Positions 28,914 to 38,801 of a stretch of DNA of 64,000 nt are shown in pieces. The notes beneath the pieces were generated by a model. It had not been told where the DNA came from. It did no database searches and worked only from the letters and a program-made list of their open reading frames with translations. How positions within the stretch are numbered: the stretch's first letter is position 1; every line of letters starts with the position of its first letter. The position numbers and the translations under genes are program-made. Origin of the DNA: Gemmatimonadales bacterium (GTDB taxonomy: Bacteria; Gemmatimonadota; Gemmatimonadetes; Gemmatimonadales; GWC2-71-9); assembly GCA_965249575.1 (NCBI GenBank), contig OZ252244.1:2336001-2400000 (forward strand). Reading direction: 5' to 3'.

Positions 28914-29705
28914 CTAGACAATGCTTCTGATGAAGCCGCCGTCGATTTGAAGGGCGACGCCGGTGATATAGCTCGCCCGCTCGGACGCGAGGAACGCCAC
29001 CGCGGCAGCGAACTCCTCGGGCTCTCCCATTCGTCCGACCGGGATGTCGCCGACGAATGATTTCAGCACGGCGTCTGGCTCTCGTTCGGTCTGGCGGGCG
29101 CGCTGCTGAACGAGCTCTTCCACTCGCCCCGTGCGCATGTATCCCGGGAACACGGTGTTCACCGTGATCCCCTCGTCGGCGACCTCTTCGGCAAGGCACT
29201 TGGCGAAGCCCAGCACGCCGGCCCGCGCCGTCGCTGAGAGGATCAGCCCGGGCATGGGCTGCTTGGCTGCGATGCTGGTGAGACAGACGATGCGCCCCCA
29301 TTGGCGCTTTCTCATCAAGGGTACGGCCGCCCTGCACAGGTGAATGGTGGAGAGGAGGTTGAGCTGAATCCCGGCTTCCCAGCTCTCTGGCGAGGCGTCG
29401 TGAAACTGTACGGCAGGGGGCCCGCCCGCGTTACACAACAGGATGTCGACGGATCCAAACCGTTCCCGCACACGGTGGACGAGGTTCGTCGCCTCGTCAG
29501 GCACGCTGACATCGGCCGCAAAGCCCTCTACCTCGGCCGGAAAGGCGTGTGAGATCTCAGCGACGGCGCGCCGGAGGCGTTCCTCGTCGCGGCCGTTGAG
29601 CGCCACGCGACATCCCTCTTCCGCTAGTATACCCGCTACCGCGCGTCCAAGGCCGGTGGACGATCCACAAACCAGGGCGACCCGTCCCGCGATTCTCAAA
29701 TCCAT
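28914..29705 (-). CDS. short-chain dehydrogenase/reductase (3-oxoacyl-ACP reductase-like)
   Basis: VCGSSTGLG, NAGGPP, ASYITG, IDGG. Confidence 0.9.
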   Translation of the reverse strand: MDLRIAGRVALVCGSSTGLGRAVAGILAEEGCRVALNGRDEERLRRAVAEISHAFPAEVEGFAADVSVPDEATNLVHRVRERFGSVDILLCNAGGPPAVQFHDASPESWEAGIQLNLLSTIHLCRAAVPLMRKRQWGRIVCLTSIAAKQPMPGLILSATARAGVLGFAKCLAEEVADEGITVNTVFPGYMRTGRVEELVQQRARQTEREPDAVLKSFVGDIPVGRMGEPEEFAAAVAFLASERASYITGVALQIDGGFIRSIV

Positions 29706-29768
29706 AGATGGAGGCTTCCGAAGGGGGCCTGGTTTGCGGCCCTGTGTGTTCGCCAGCTCGCGGCGAGC

Positions 29769-32717
29769 TCAGGCCGGAGCGCTCGCCCCAGCAGGCTCGA
29801 TGCGGATTGCGCACACTTTGAGCGCCGCCATTTTGGCGTGTGGCTCGAGCACGGGATTGGTTAACAAGTTGGCCGCGGCCTCGCGGAAGTGAAACGGCAC
29901 AAACACTTGTCTGCGTGCCACCCGGTCGGATACCCTGGCCGAGATGAGCATGGAGTTCCGGCGGCTCGTAATCCGCATCAGGTCCCCATCGGTGACACCT
30001 AGCTCCTCCGCGTCGTCTGGGTTGATCTCCATAACGGCCGCCGGCTCGCGCGCGTCGAGACCCTGGGAGCGGCGGGTCATGGTTCCGGTGTGCCAGTGGT
30101 AGAGCTGCCGCCCGGTGTTCATGATGAACGGGTATTCGTCATCCGGGAGCTCTCCCGGATCGGCGTACTGAACCGGGTGGAACGTCGCCTTGCCGTCCCC
30201 TGTCGGAAACCGGTCGTCAAACAGGAATGACGTGCCACGATGGCCGGGCTCGGGCACCGGGTACTGGAGACCCGCGCCACGTAGTGCGTCGTGCGTGACT
30301 CCCGCCCAGGCCGGCGCCAACTGCCGGATCTCTTCCATGACCTCCGTGGCCGACTGGAACGGTGTCTCGAGCCCAACGCGGTTCGAGAGGTCGACAATGA
30401 TCTCCCAATCTGCCCGAGCCTGGCCAGGTGGGCTGACTGCCTTCTCCGAAATTTGAATGCGGCGCTCGGTGTTGACGAACGAGCCGGTCTTTTCGGCGAA
30501 CGACGCCCCGGGCAGCACGACGTCGGCATACCGCGCGGTCTCTGTCAGGAAGAGGTCCTGAACGGCCAGAAACTCGAGGGTGTGAAACCACGCTTCAGCG
30601 TGGGCGATGTCCGGGTCCGAGATGATGGGGTTTTCACCCATGATGTACAGGGCCCGTACCGGTGAACCTTCTCGGGCCATTTCCGTGACCTTGAGCCCTG
30701 GCTCGAGCGACATCGACTCGGGATCGGTCTTCCATGCGCTCGCGAACTTGGCCCGGATCGCCGGATCGCTCACTGGCTGGTAATCCGGATAAACGAAGGG
30801 GATTGCTCCCATGTCCGATGCGCCCTGGACGTTGTTCTGCCCTCTCACGGGCATCATCGCGGCGCCCCAGCGCCCGATCATGCCCGTGGCGAGAATGAGG
30901 TTGAGCATCGACGTCACCATGTCGTGACCCGTGAGATGCTGGGTCAGGCCCATCGCCCAAAGGGTTGTCGTGTTCGGGCCCCGGGCATAGTGCTCAGCCG
31001 CCTCACGAATCAGCCGTTCGGGAACGCCGGTAATCGTCGCGGCGACGGCGGGAGTAACCTCGGCAACTCCCGCGCGCACTTTCTCGAGTCCGTGGGTGCG
31101 CTGTTCGATGAAGGCTCGGTCTTCGAGTCCCTTCTCGAAAATGTGGTTGAGCATCGCGTTGTATAGCGCGACGTCGGTGCCAGGCTGCATCTGGAGGTGG
31201 ATGTTCGCGCGGGCGGCCAGCTCGGTCTTGCGGGGGTCGGCGACGATCAGGAACGCGCCGCGGGCATGGGCGCGCTTGATCGATGCGCCGAAGACCGGGT
31301 GGGTTTCGGTCGTATTGGCACCGGCGATGAAAACGACGTCGCAGGCCTCCTCGACCTCCCGCATCGACCCGGAGGCAGCGGCGGTATTGAGCGCCGCTTG
31401 CATAGCGGACACGCTGGTGGAGTGGCACAGCCGGGTACAGTGGTCGACGTTGTTGGTCCCGAAGGCTGCTCGAAACAGCCGCTGCAACAAGTAATTCTCC
31501 TCGTTCGAGCACTTGGCGCTCTGGAACACGGCCAACCCACTCGAACCGTGATCACGGTGCGCGCGGCGCAGCTCCTGCGCGGCGAGCTCGAGCGCTTCGT
31601 CCCACGTCGCTTCCCGGAATGGCTGCATCCACTCTTCAGGCGTCGCCGCACGGTCTCTCACATCGAGCGCAGCGCGTTCGAGCAGCGGGAGGTCGCGGAT
31701 CCGCTTGCCCTGGGCGCGGGGCGGGGCGGGTCCCTTCGTGGCCTGTCCTTCCTCGGTCATGCTCCGCCACGGGCCGCTCCGCCGTCCGTCGCCGGTCTTG
31801 CCCTTCCACACCCACTGGGCGCCGTCCTTGACCCAACCGCGTCGGATGAGAGGCCGGGTGAGCCGGTCTCTGTGCTGGATGAAGTCGTATCCGAAGCGGC
31901 CCTTAACGCACGTCGAGCCGTCGTTGGGTGTCGTTTCATCGAACGTCGGTGAGGTGACCCGAGCGATGTGGTCATTCTTGACGTGCAGATCGACCTGGCA
32001 CCCGACGCCGCAGTAGGGACACACGCTGCGTACGACACGGTCGGATGCCACCCGAGCTTCGCCGTAACGTAGCTTGGGCATGACCTCGAAGATCGCTCCC
32101 GTCGGACACACGCGTACGCATTCGCCGCACCACGTGCAGGCGGCTTTGTCGGCGTCGCCGTCGTTGCCCACGATGATCTGAGCGTGCTCGCCCCGATACG
32201 CCACGTCGAGCACGCCGACGACCTGGATGTCCTCGCACGCCCGCACGCAGCGGGTGCACAGGATACACGTGCTCATGTCGTGTCGAATCATCGGGTCGCC
32301 CGGGCGCTCGTCGCCCGTGCGCAGCGGAAGGTCACGGGAAGCGACTGGGGTTATGCGTGCCCCATACCGGATTGCGTACTCTTCGAACTCGTTACGGGGA
32401 TGGGCCCGGCCCCCGTTGATCAGGTGGTCAGCCGGGTACCGTTCGAGCAGCATCTCGAGGACGCCCCGTCTGGCGTCCGTCACCTCCGGGCTGTCGGTAT
32501 GGACCTCCATCCCTTCCGACACGACGGTCGCGCACGCGGGCACGAGCTTGGGGGTGCCCGCCACGGCGACCACGCAGATGCGGCAGTTCCCGACGGTGGG
32601 GAGCTTCGGATACCAGCAGAGAGTCGGCGTATCGATCCCGACGCGTTTCGCTGCCTCGAGGATGGTAGCGCCGGCGGGCACCTCCACCCGGCGCCCGTCG
32701 ATCTGTACGGCGGTCAT
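29769..32717 (-). CDS. fdhF: Mo/W-bisPGD formate dehydrogenase alpha subunit (FdhF/FdsA-type, Cys form)
   Basis: 2Fe-2S domain (C..CRIC..C), CILCTRCVRAC, CTWCGECVRVCP, CPYCGVGC, DHCTRLCH, RGQNNVQG, TGRQLYHWHTGTMT. Confidence 0.92.
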   Translation of the reverse strand: MTAVQIDGRRVEVPAGATILEAAKRVGIDTPTLCWYPKLPTVGNCRICVVAVAGTPKLVPACATVVSEGMEVHTDSPEVTDARRGVLEMLLERYPADHLINGGRAHPRNEFEEYAIRYGARITPVASRDLPLRTGDERPGDPMIRHDMSTCILCTRCVRACEDIQVVGVLDVAYRGEHAQIIVGNDGDADKAACTWCGECVRVCPTGAIFEVMPKLRYGEARVASDRVVRSVCPYCGVGCQVDLHVKNDHIARVTSPTFDETTPNDGSTCVKGRFGYDFIQHRDRLTRPLIRRGWVKDGAQWVWKGKTGDGRRSGPWRSMTEEGQATKGPAPPRAQGKRIRDLPLLERAALDVRDRAATPEEWMQPFREATWDEALELAAQELRRAHRDHGSSGLAVFQSAKCSNEENYLLQRLFRAAFGTNNVDHCTRLCHSTSVSAMQAALNTAAASGSMREVEEACDVVFIAGANTTETHPVFGASIKRAHARGAFLIVADPRKTELAARANIHLQMQPGTDVALYNAMLNHIFEKGLEDRAFIEQRTHGLEKVRAGVAEVTPAVAATITGVPERLIREAAEHYARGPNTTTLWAMGLTQHLTGHDMVTSMLNLILATGMIGRWGAAMMPVRGQNNVQGASDMGAIPFVYPDYQPVSDPAIRAKFASAWKTDPESMSLEPGLKVTEMAREGSPVRALYIMGENPIISDPDIAHAEAWFHTLEFLAVQDLFLTETARYADVVLPGASFAEKTGSFVNTERRIQISEKAVSPPGQARADWEIIVDLSNRVGLETPFQSATEVMEEIRQLAPAWAGVTHDALRGAGLQYPVPEPGHRGTSFLFDDRFPTGDGKATFHPVQYADPGELPDDEYPFIMNTGRQLYHWHTGTMTRRSQGLDAREPAAVMEINPDDAEELGVTDGDLMRITSRRNSMLISARVSDRVARRQVFVPFHFREAAANLLTNPVLEPHAKMAALKVCAIRIEPAGASAPA

Positions 32718-32784
32718 GCATGGAAGTTGAGGCGCGCTGGCAGCGGGGGCAAGTCAGCCTGCCCGATGTGAGACAGCCTTTTGA

Positions 32785-33594
32785 TCAGGGCTTTTGGGCG
32801 AGCAGCCAGCCGGGTCGATCGCGTCGCTGTCCGCGTTCGATTTTCCAGTCTCGGTAGTGCCCGCGGAGCGCGTCCGGCGCGAGCACGCCGGCCTCGCCGT
32901 GCGGCTCGGGCGAAAGCACGCAGTGCAGCCCGCCCCGGGCGGTGCGCCCCTTGACTGTATCGAGCACTTGGGCTCGCGTGCCGACGTCGAGGTTGCTCGC
33001 TGTCGGCAGGTCAACGACGACGAGCGACGGGTTGGCTTCTGGAAACCACGTTCCCAGGTTCACGACCAAGGCCTGAAACTTCGGCCCGATCCCCTCGGCG
33101 GCCGCGCGGGTCTCGACCGCCTCTACCGCTGCCAGCTCCTGGTCGATGAGGAGTACCATCGCGCCGTGCGCCGCGAGGAATAAGCCAGCTGGCCCGGCCC
33201 CCGCGCCGAGAACGAGCGCCAAATCGGCCTCCTCCAGACAGAGCGCCAGATCCTTCACCGGCGTCTCCGGGTCGAGACCCCAATGGGTCGGCGATTGCTG
33301 CGCCCGACGCAGCTTGAGGTGTCGTTCCCGCCACCGCCGATAGGTCGGCAGCTTGAGACGGCGAATGATCAGCCGGTCCACGTGCTCGAGCACGAGCACT
33401 TCGGTGAGCACCAACTGGCCCTCCGGTCCTACCTCCAGCTCCCGAACAGCGTCGTCTGCGATAGCGAGCAGTTCCTGCCGCGAGAGGCGATCCTTGAACT
33501 CTTCGATGCGCTGGAGAATGAATTCCTCATACTCCTGGCGCAGGGAGAGTTGCTGGCGCGGTCGCCGGGCCGAGGCCTGTGCCAGTGTCAGCAC
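32785..33594 (-). CDS. hypothetical protein; helical N-terminus + degenerate class I SAM-methyltransferase-like domain
   Basis: LVLGAGAG...LLID pattern; overlaps the end of the CDF gene. Confidence 0.7.
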   Translation of the reverse strand: MLTLAQASARRPRQQLSLRQEYEEFILQRIEEFKDRLSRQELLAIADDAVRELEVGPEGQLVLTEVLVLEHVDRLIIRRLKLPTYRRWRERHLKLRRAQQSPTHWGLDPETPVKDLALCLEEADLALVLGAGAGPAGLFLAAHGAMVLLIDQELAAVEAVETRAAAEGIGPKFQALVVNLGTWFPEANPSLVVVDLPTASNLDVGTRAQVLDTVKGRTARGGLHCVLSPEPHGEAGVLAPDALRGHYRDWKIERGQRRDRPGWLLAQKP

Positions 33595-34497
33595 GGCTCG
33601 ACATGCACGATCACCTCGTGCAGCTCCAGGGCCTCCCGGAGGCGCGATTCGACGGCGTCCGCGATCCTGTGAGCGGACTCGACACTGGCCGCTCCATCCA
33701 CCGCGATAGTGACCTCCGCGAATCGCTGCCCCGGGGCACCGCGAGAGCGGATATGGTAGGCGCTACGTACGCCATGAATCCGTTCCGCCTCCTGACGAAT
33801 CATCCCCGCCGGGACGACGTGTTCGTCCACGAGTATCGGTACTGTTCGCGCCACGATTCCGTAGGCGATCCACACGATGGCCGCCGCAACCAGCAGGGCC
33901 ACGACGGGATCCGCGTATCCGAACCCCGCCCGCGACAGCACGACTCCCGACAGTACGCCAATAGTAATGAAGACATCGGCCCGCGTGTGAGCGGCATCGG
34001 CCAACAGGATATCGCTGTTCAGCTCGCGGCCCCGGCGGGCCTCGTAAGGCGGCCACGGCCCCGTTGATGGCGAGGGTGCCAACGAGGACGCCGATTTGCG
34101 GGTTTCCAATGGCGAGAGGCGCCGCGCCGGTGACGAGCCGCGTCACCGCGCCCTGCACGAGCTCGAACCAGCTGATCGACAGGAAGATGACGATCGCCAG
34201 CGCGCCGAGTGTTTCGAACTTGTGGTGCCCGTAGGGGTGGTCTTCGTCGGGGTCCCGACCCGCGACCCACATGACCGCGAGCGCGAGCACGTTGTTCATT
34301 GCGTCGACGGAGGAGTGGACTGCGTCGCCCAGGACCGCTAGGGAGCCACTGCGAAGACCGATGACGAACTTGGCGACGACGACGGCGAGGTTGGCGATGA
34401 AGAGGCCGACGAGCACCCGCTTGATCTGGGCGGACCGACTGCTGGTGTTGGCCCGGTCGGGGGGCATTGCAGAATGCTCGTCTGACACGGGAACCAT
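33588..34497 (-). pseudogene. cation diffusion facilitator (FieF-like), frameshift at about 34046
   Basis: GDAVHSSVD, DEDHPYGHHKFE; second frame LADAAHTRAD, IRSRG, AHRIAD, VHVEP. Confidence 0.88.
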
Positions 34498-34530
34498 GTC
34501 AACAGTTCAGGATGGGTAGGCGCACTCCCG

Positions 34531-34904
34531 CTATGGCTGTTTCCCGATGAAGGAGGAGGCCCGGCTGACGAATGCGCCGCGACGTTCGATGTGCGGGGCG
34601 TGCCCAGCTCCAGGCACCATCCACGTGGTGGCCGTCCGCACGTGCTTGGTAATGGCGCTGACCTGCGCGGCCGTACCGAACTGGTCCGCGTCGCCCTGTA
34701 CCACGAAGACGGGGCACGTGATGCTGGCGAGGCGGTGTTCAATGCTCCAAGTGGCATGCGGGTCACTGAGCCAACCGCGTGCCCAATCCACGCGCCCGTC
34801 GATCCCAGGCCATCGTGCAAGTACACGACGGTCTCGTTCGCGCGCGCGAACCCGGTTGCCCAATCGAAGTGGAGGCGGTGGCCCCCGGCCTCCAGATATC
34901 CCAT
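34531..34904 (-). pseudogene. alpha/beta hydrolase remnant with an internal deletion
   Basis: N-terminal VYLHDGLGS joins, out of frame at about 34787, the C-terminal ITCPVFVVQGDADQFG...GAGHAPH; the GxSxG region is absent. Confidence 0.8.
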
Positions 34905-34925
34905 GGAGAAGATGGCGCGGTGGCG

Positions 34926-35282
34926 TTACCGATCGGGCCGGAGCACGCGTGCCCCGCGCAGGTAGACGTGGCGAAGCTGGGAGGGTTCCGCGTCGGTATT
35001 GACGTGCATCAACACGCGGATGCATCGTTGCAGCCCGTCGGGCACCGCCATCTCGGTCGCCCCGAGCAGGGGGACGTCGTGCCAGCCCATCGCGCGCGCG
35101 GCGCGCGCCGGGTATTCGCTCGTAATGTCGGGTGTGGCGGTGAGGATCACGCTGGCGATGTCATCGGGCTCGATGCCGTTCGCCTCGGTGAGGGCCTGCA
35201 ACAGCTCGCGAGTGGCGGCCAAGACCAGGTCCTGTCGGTCGGCGTCGATGGCCGTCGCTCCTCGGATTCCACGTACCACCAT
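34926..35282 (-). CDS. aroH: chorismate mutase, AroH class
   Basis: VRGIRGAT, YPARAAR, EMAVP, CIRVL, HVYLRGARVLRPD. Confidence 0.95.
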   Translation of the reverse strand: MVVRGIRGATAIDADRQDLVLAATRELLQALTEANGIEPDDIASVILTATPDITSEYPARAARAMGWHDVPLLGATEMAVPDGLQRCIRVLMHVNTDAEPSQLRHVYLRGARVLRPDR

Positions 35283-35293
35283 GCTGTGACCTC

Positions 35294-35935
35294 GTGTCTG
35301 CCGATCTCAGGTTGATAGCAATCGTCGATCCGGCCGTGCTCGGCGGCCGTGACCTGGACTGGTGTGCGCGGGCTGCCGAAGAAGGCGGCGCCACCGCGAT
35401 TCAAATTCGAATGAAGGGTGCCGCGGGCTCGGACGTGTTTCGTGCCACCAGTCGCCTGGTCGCCGCCCTCCGCATTCCAGTGTACGTCAACGACCGCGCG
35501 GACGTCGCTTGGGCCGCCAGGGCCGACGGCGTCCACGTCGGTTCGGACGATATCCCGCCGCGTGCGGTACGCGATCTCTCCCCGGCCGGCTTCCAGATTG
35601 GCGTGTCGGTCGGGTCGGAAGTCGAAGCAGCCGCAGCGTCTGGCGCCCCAGTCGATTACTGGAGCATCGGACCAATTTATCGAACTGGCACCAAGTCCGA
35701 CGCCGGTGAGCCGATCGGGACAGACGGCTTTACCGCGCTTGCCCGCCTCGCGCCAGAACGAATGCCCCAGATTGCAATCGGCGGGATCCGTCCCGAGACC
35801 GTGCCCGGCATCATCGCCGCCGGAGCCCACGGGGTGGCCGTGAGCGACGCCGTTTTTGGGACCGACGACATAGCAGTCGCGGCGCGGCGGGTCCGTGAAA
35901 CCGTGGACCGCTCACTGGCCGCGCGAAACGGGTAA
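35294..35935 (+). CDS. thiE: thiamine-phosphate synthase
   Basis: QIRMK, VNDRADVA, DGVHVGSDD, GPIYRTGTK, AIGGI. Confidence 0.93.
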   Translation: MSADLRLIAIVDPAVLGGRDLDWCARAAEEGGATAIQIRMKGAAGSDVFRATSRLVAALRIPVYVNDRADVAWAARADGVHVGSDDIPPRAVRDLSPAGFQIGVSVGSEVEAAAASGAPVDYWSIGPIYRTGTKSDAGEPIGTDGFTALARLAPERMPQIAIGGIRPETVPGIIAAGAHGVAVSDAVFGTDDIAVAARRVRETVDRSLAARNG

Positions 35936-35970
35936 CCGTCCCGCGACTCTCCTCTGGACAAACACGCCCG

Positions 35971-36933
35971 TCAGCGAGGGCGGCGAATTACCCGGATCGC
36001 GGCCAGGTGCTCCCGATGCGAGCGTGAGAAGACGTGCTTTCCGTCCCCGCGCGCGACGAAGAAGAGGAAATCGGTGCGCGCGGGATACAGGGCGGCCTCG
36101 ATGCTCGCTTCGGATGGCTGGCCAATCGGGCCCGGTGGGAGCCCGTCGATCAAGTACGTGTTGTACGGCGAGGGAAAACGGTAGTCTCGCTCAAAAAGAC
36201 GGCGGCGTTTCCCGAGGGCGTAGATCACCGTGGGGTCTGCCTGGAGCCGCATCCGGCGCATCAGCCGATTGTGGTACACCGAGGATACGAACGGCCGATC
36301 TGGACCGTAGCGCACTTCGCCCTCGATAATGGACGCAAGTGTAACGACCTCATGATGACTCATCCCGAGTGAATCGAGGCGCCCATTCCATTCTGGCCGC
36401 CAGCGCGCCCTATGCTCCGTCACCATCTGGCGAATGACCTCTCCCACGCCCACGTCGACCCGAAACAGGTAGGTGCTTGGGTAGAGGTAGCCCTCGATCG
36501 ATTCTGCCGGGATGCGCAACTCGGCGAGCAGGGGCTGGTGCCTGGCGGAGTCCAGGAATCGGTCCCTGGGGACCCGGAACTCTCGCTCGAACAGATCGGC
36601 AATCTCTTCGAGCATCAGCCCCTCGGGTACCGCCACGCGCCGCTGGGCCACTGACCCTCGCACCAGGATGTCCAGCACGGTCGACATCGGCAGGTTGAGC
36701 GGGAACTCGTACACGCCTGCCCTGATGGCGCGTTCGCTTCCGGTGAGGCTGGCGTATAATCGGAATCGCCAGGGCGAATCGATTACTCGGTGGATTGCGA
36801 GTGTTTCCGCGGCGGCCGACAAGCTGGCTCCCCGCGGAATCCGCACCATGGTCGGCGGGCCGGGGGGTGGATCGGGCCGACAGGCACCCACCGCTGCGAG
36901 CCACAGGGCGATGGTGAGGGGGGGGAACCTCAC
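35971..36933 (-). CDS. mltG: endolytic transglycosylase
   Basis: VPEG, EGYLYPSTY, LASIIEGE, LQADPT, SPYNTY..GLPPGPI. Confidence 0.95.
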   Translation of the reverse strand: MRFPPLTIALWLAAVGACRPDPPPGPPTMVRIPRGASLSAAAETLAIHRVIDSPWRFRLYASLTGSERAIRAGVYEFPLNLPMSTVLDILVRGSVAQRRVAVPEGLMLEEIADLFEREFRVPRDRFLDSARHQPLLAELRIPAESIEGYLYPSTYLFRVDVGVGEVIRQMVTEHRARWRPEWNGRLDSLGMSHHEVVTLASIIEGEVRYGPDRPFVSSVYHNRLMRRMRLQADPTVIYALGKRRRLFERDYRFPSPYNTYLIDGLPPGPIGQPSEASIEAALYPARTDFLFFVARGDGKHVFSRSHREHLAAIRVIRRPR

Positions 36934-37379
36934 GACCTTCGCCGGTCCAGGAGCGCCTGGAGTAAAACGGTAGCCGCCAGCTGGTCGACCATCCCTTCCC
37001 GGCCCGCCGTCTTGCCGCCTAGCTCCTCGATGGCCCGGAGCGCCCGAGCCGTCGTCATACGCTCGTCCACATAGGTGACCGGCAGTCCCGTTTTCTCGTG
37101 AATATCGGAACCCATTTGCCGAACCTCGTGAGCGGCCCGACCCTCGTCACCCTCGCTGGTCAGCGGCAAACCGATGACAATGCCCACCAGTCGGTGGGCG
37201 TCGAGATGGGTTCGTAGCCCGCGCATGGGAAAACGCCTGCCCTTGCGGCGGGTCAGGGTCGCTAGGGGCTGTGCGATCCGTTGCGTGGGGTCGGAGATGG
37301 CGAGTCCGAAGCGTTTTTCTCCCCAATCGATGCCCAGTATCCGTCCCTCGTTGGGAAAATCGTCAGGGTCGCGGGCCAT
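36930..37379 (-). CDS. ruvX: Holliday junction resolvase-like / pre-16S rRNA nuclease YqgF
   Basis: LGIDWGEKRFGLAISD, VIGLP, VDERMTT, VDQLAA. Confidence 0.95.
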   Translation of the reverse strand: MARDPDDFPNEGRILGIDWGEKRFGLAISDPTQRIAQPLATLTRRKGRRFPMRGLRTHLDAHRLVGIVIGLPLTSEGDEGRAAHEVRQMGSDIHEKTGLPVTYVDERMTTARALRAIEELGGKTAGREGMVDQLAATVLLQALLDRRRS

Positions 37380-37381
37380 CC

Positions 37382-38632
37382 CTACCCTTGTTGCATCGTC
37401 GCGAAGAACTCCTTGTTGGTCTTGGTCCGCTTCATGCGTTCGAGCAGGAACTCGATCGCCTCGACCGTCGGCATGTCGGCGAGGAAGTTGCGCAGCAGGT
37501 AGACCTTATTGAGTTCCTCTTTGTCGAGCAGCAACTCCTCCTTACGGGTGGAGGTGCGCTGGACGTCGATGGCCGGGTACACCCGGCGGTCGGCAATTCG
37601 CCGGTCCAAGACCAGTTCGGCGTTTCCCGTGCCCTTGAATTCCTCGAAGATCACCTCGTCCATCCGGCTGCCGGTCTCGATGAGCGCCGTGGCGATGATG
37701 GTGAGGGATCCTCCACCTTCGATGTTTCTCGCCGCCCCGAAAAACCGCTTCGGCTTCTGGAGCGCGCTGGCGTCCACTCCACCGGAGAGAATCTTCCCAG
37801 AATGCGGGATGACGACATTGTGCGCCCGCGCGAGCCGGGTAATGGAATCCAGGAGGATCACGACGTCCTTCCGGTGCTCGACGAGCCGCTTCGCCTTTTC
37901 GATGACCATGTCGGCGACCTGGACGTGCCGGTCAGCCGGCTCGTCGAACGTGGAGGAAATCACCTCCGCCCTGACGTTTTCCTCCATGTCCGTGACTTCT
38001 TCCGGGCGTTCATCAATGAGTAGTACGATCAGGGTTACGTCCGGATGATTCTCGGTGATGGAGTTGGCGAGCTTCTGGAGGAGGATGGTCTTACCGGCTT
38101 TGGGAGGCGCCACGATCAATCCACGTTGTCCCAGGCCGATGGGCGACAGGATGTCGACGACCCGCATCGAAATGTCGCCCTCGGTCCGCTCGAGCCCGAG
38201 CCGTCGATCGGGGTATCGCGGCCTGAGGTTGTCGAACGCGATTCGGTGCTTGGCCTTCTCCGGCTCCTCGAAATTGACGGTCTCGACCTTGAGGAGGGCG
38301 AGATAGCGTTCACCTTCTTTCGGTGGGCGAACCTGGCCGAGGACGGTGTCACCGGTGCGAAGATCGAAGCGCTTGATCTGACTCGGGCTCACGTAGATGT
38401 CATCGGGCCCGTACAGGTAGTTCCAGTCCTGACTGCGCAGAAAGCCGTATCCCTCGGGGAGAATCTCCAGAACGCCCTCCCCGCGCAGTACCGTATCGGA
38501 GTCGAGAAGCGACTGTTCGATTCGAAAGATGAGATCCTGCTTGCGTAGTCCCGAGTAGTTGGTGATGTTCAACTCCTCGGCCATCGCGTGGAGCTCGGCG
38601 ACGGACTTCCTCTTGAGCTCAGCTATGTCCAC
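37382..38632 (-). CDS. rho: transcription termination factor Rho
   Basis: [42 protein letters not shown]. Confidence 0.98.
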   Translation of the reverse strand: MDIAELKRKSVAELHAMAEELNITNYSGLRKQDLIFRIEQSLLDSDTVLRGEGVLEILPEGYGFLRSQDWNYLYGPDDIYVSPSQIKRFDLRTGDTVLGQVRPPKEGERYLALLKVETVNFEEPEKAKHRIAFDNLRPRYPDRRLGLERTEGDISMRVVDILSPIGLGQRGLIVAPPKAGKTILLQKLANSITENHPDVTLIVLLIDERPEEVTDMEENVRAEVISSTFDEPADRHVQVADMVIEKAKRLVEHRKDVVILLDSITRLARAHNVVIPHSGKILSGGVDASALQKPKRFFGAARNIEGGGSLTIIATALIETGSRMDEVIFEEFKGTGNAELVLDRRIADRRVYPAIDVQRTSTRKEELLLDKEELNKVYLLRNFLADMPTVEAIEFLLERMKRTKTNKEFFATMQQG

Positions 38633-38764
38633 GTAGGGGACTCCATCGGTCCAGGTAGGGTTCGGCTTTTTTCACAAAGGGTACGGGTCAGCCCCAAAAG
38701 GGCGCCTTGTCCAGAGAATCGAGATGAGATGATACTGGGGAGTCGTGGGAAGTGTCGGGAACAT

Positions 38765-38793
38765 AACATAGGACCTCCGTTTGTAGCCGTCAA
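38765..38793 (-). promoter_or_regulatory. sigma70-type promoter of rho
   Basis: TTGACG-17 nt-TATGTT on the minus strand, about 130 nt upstream of the rho start. Confidence 0.6.
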
Positions 38794-38801
38794 GAGGACG
38801 T

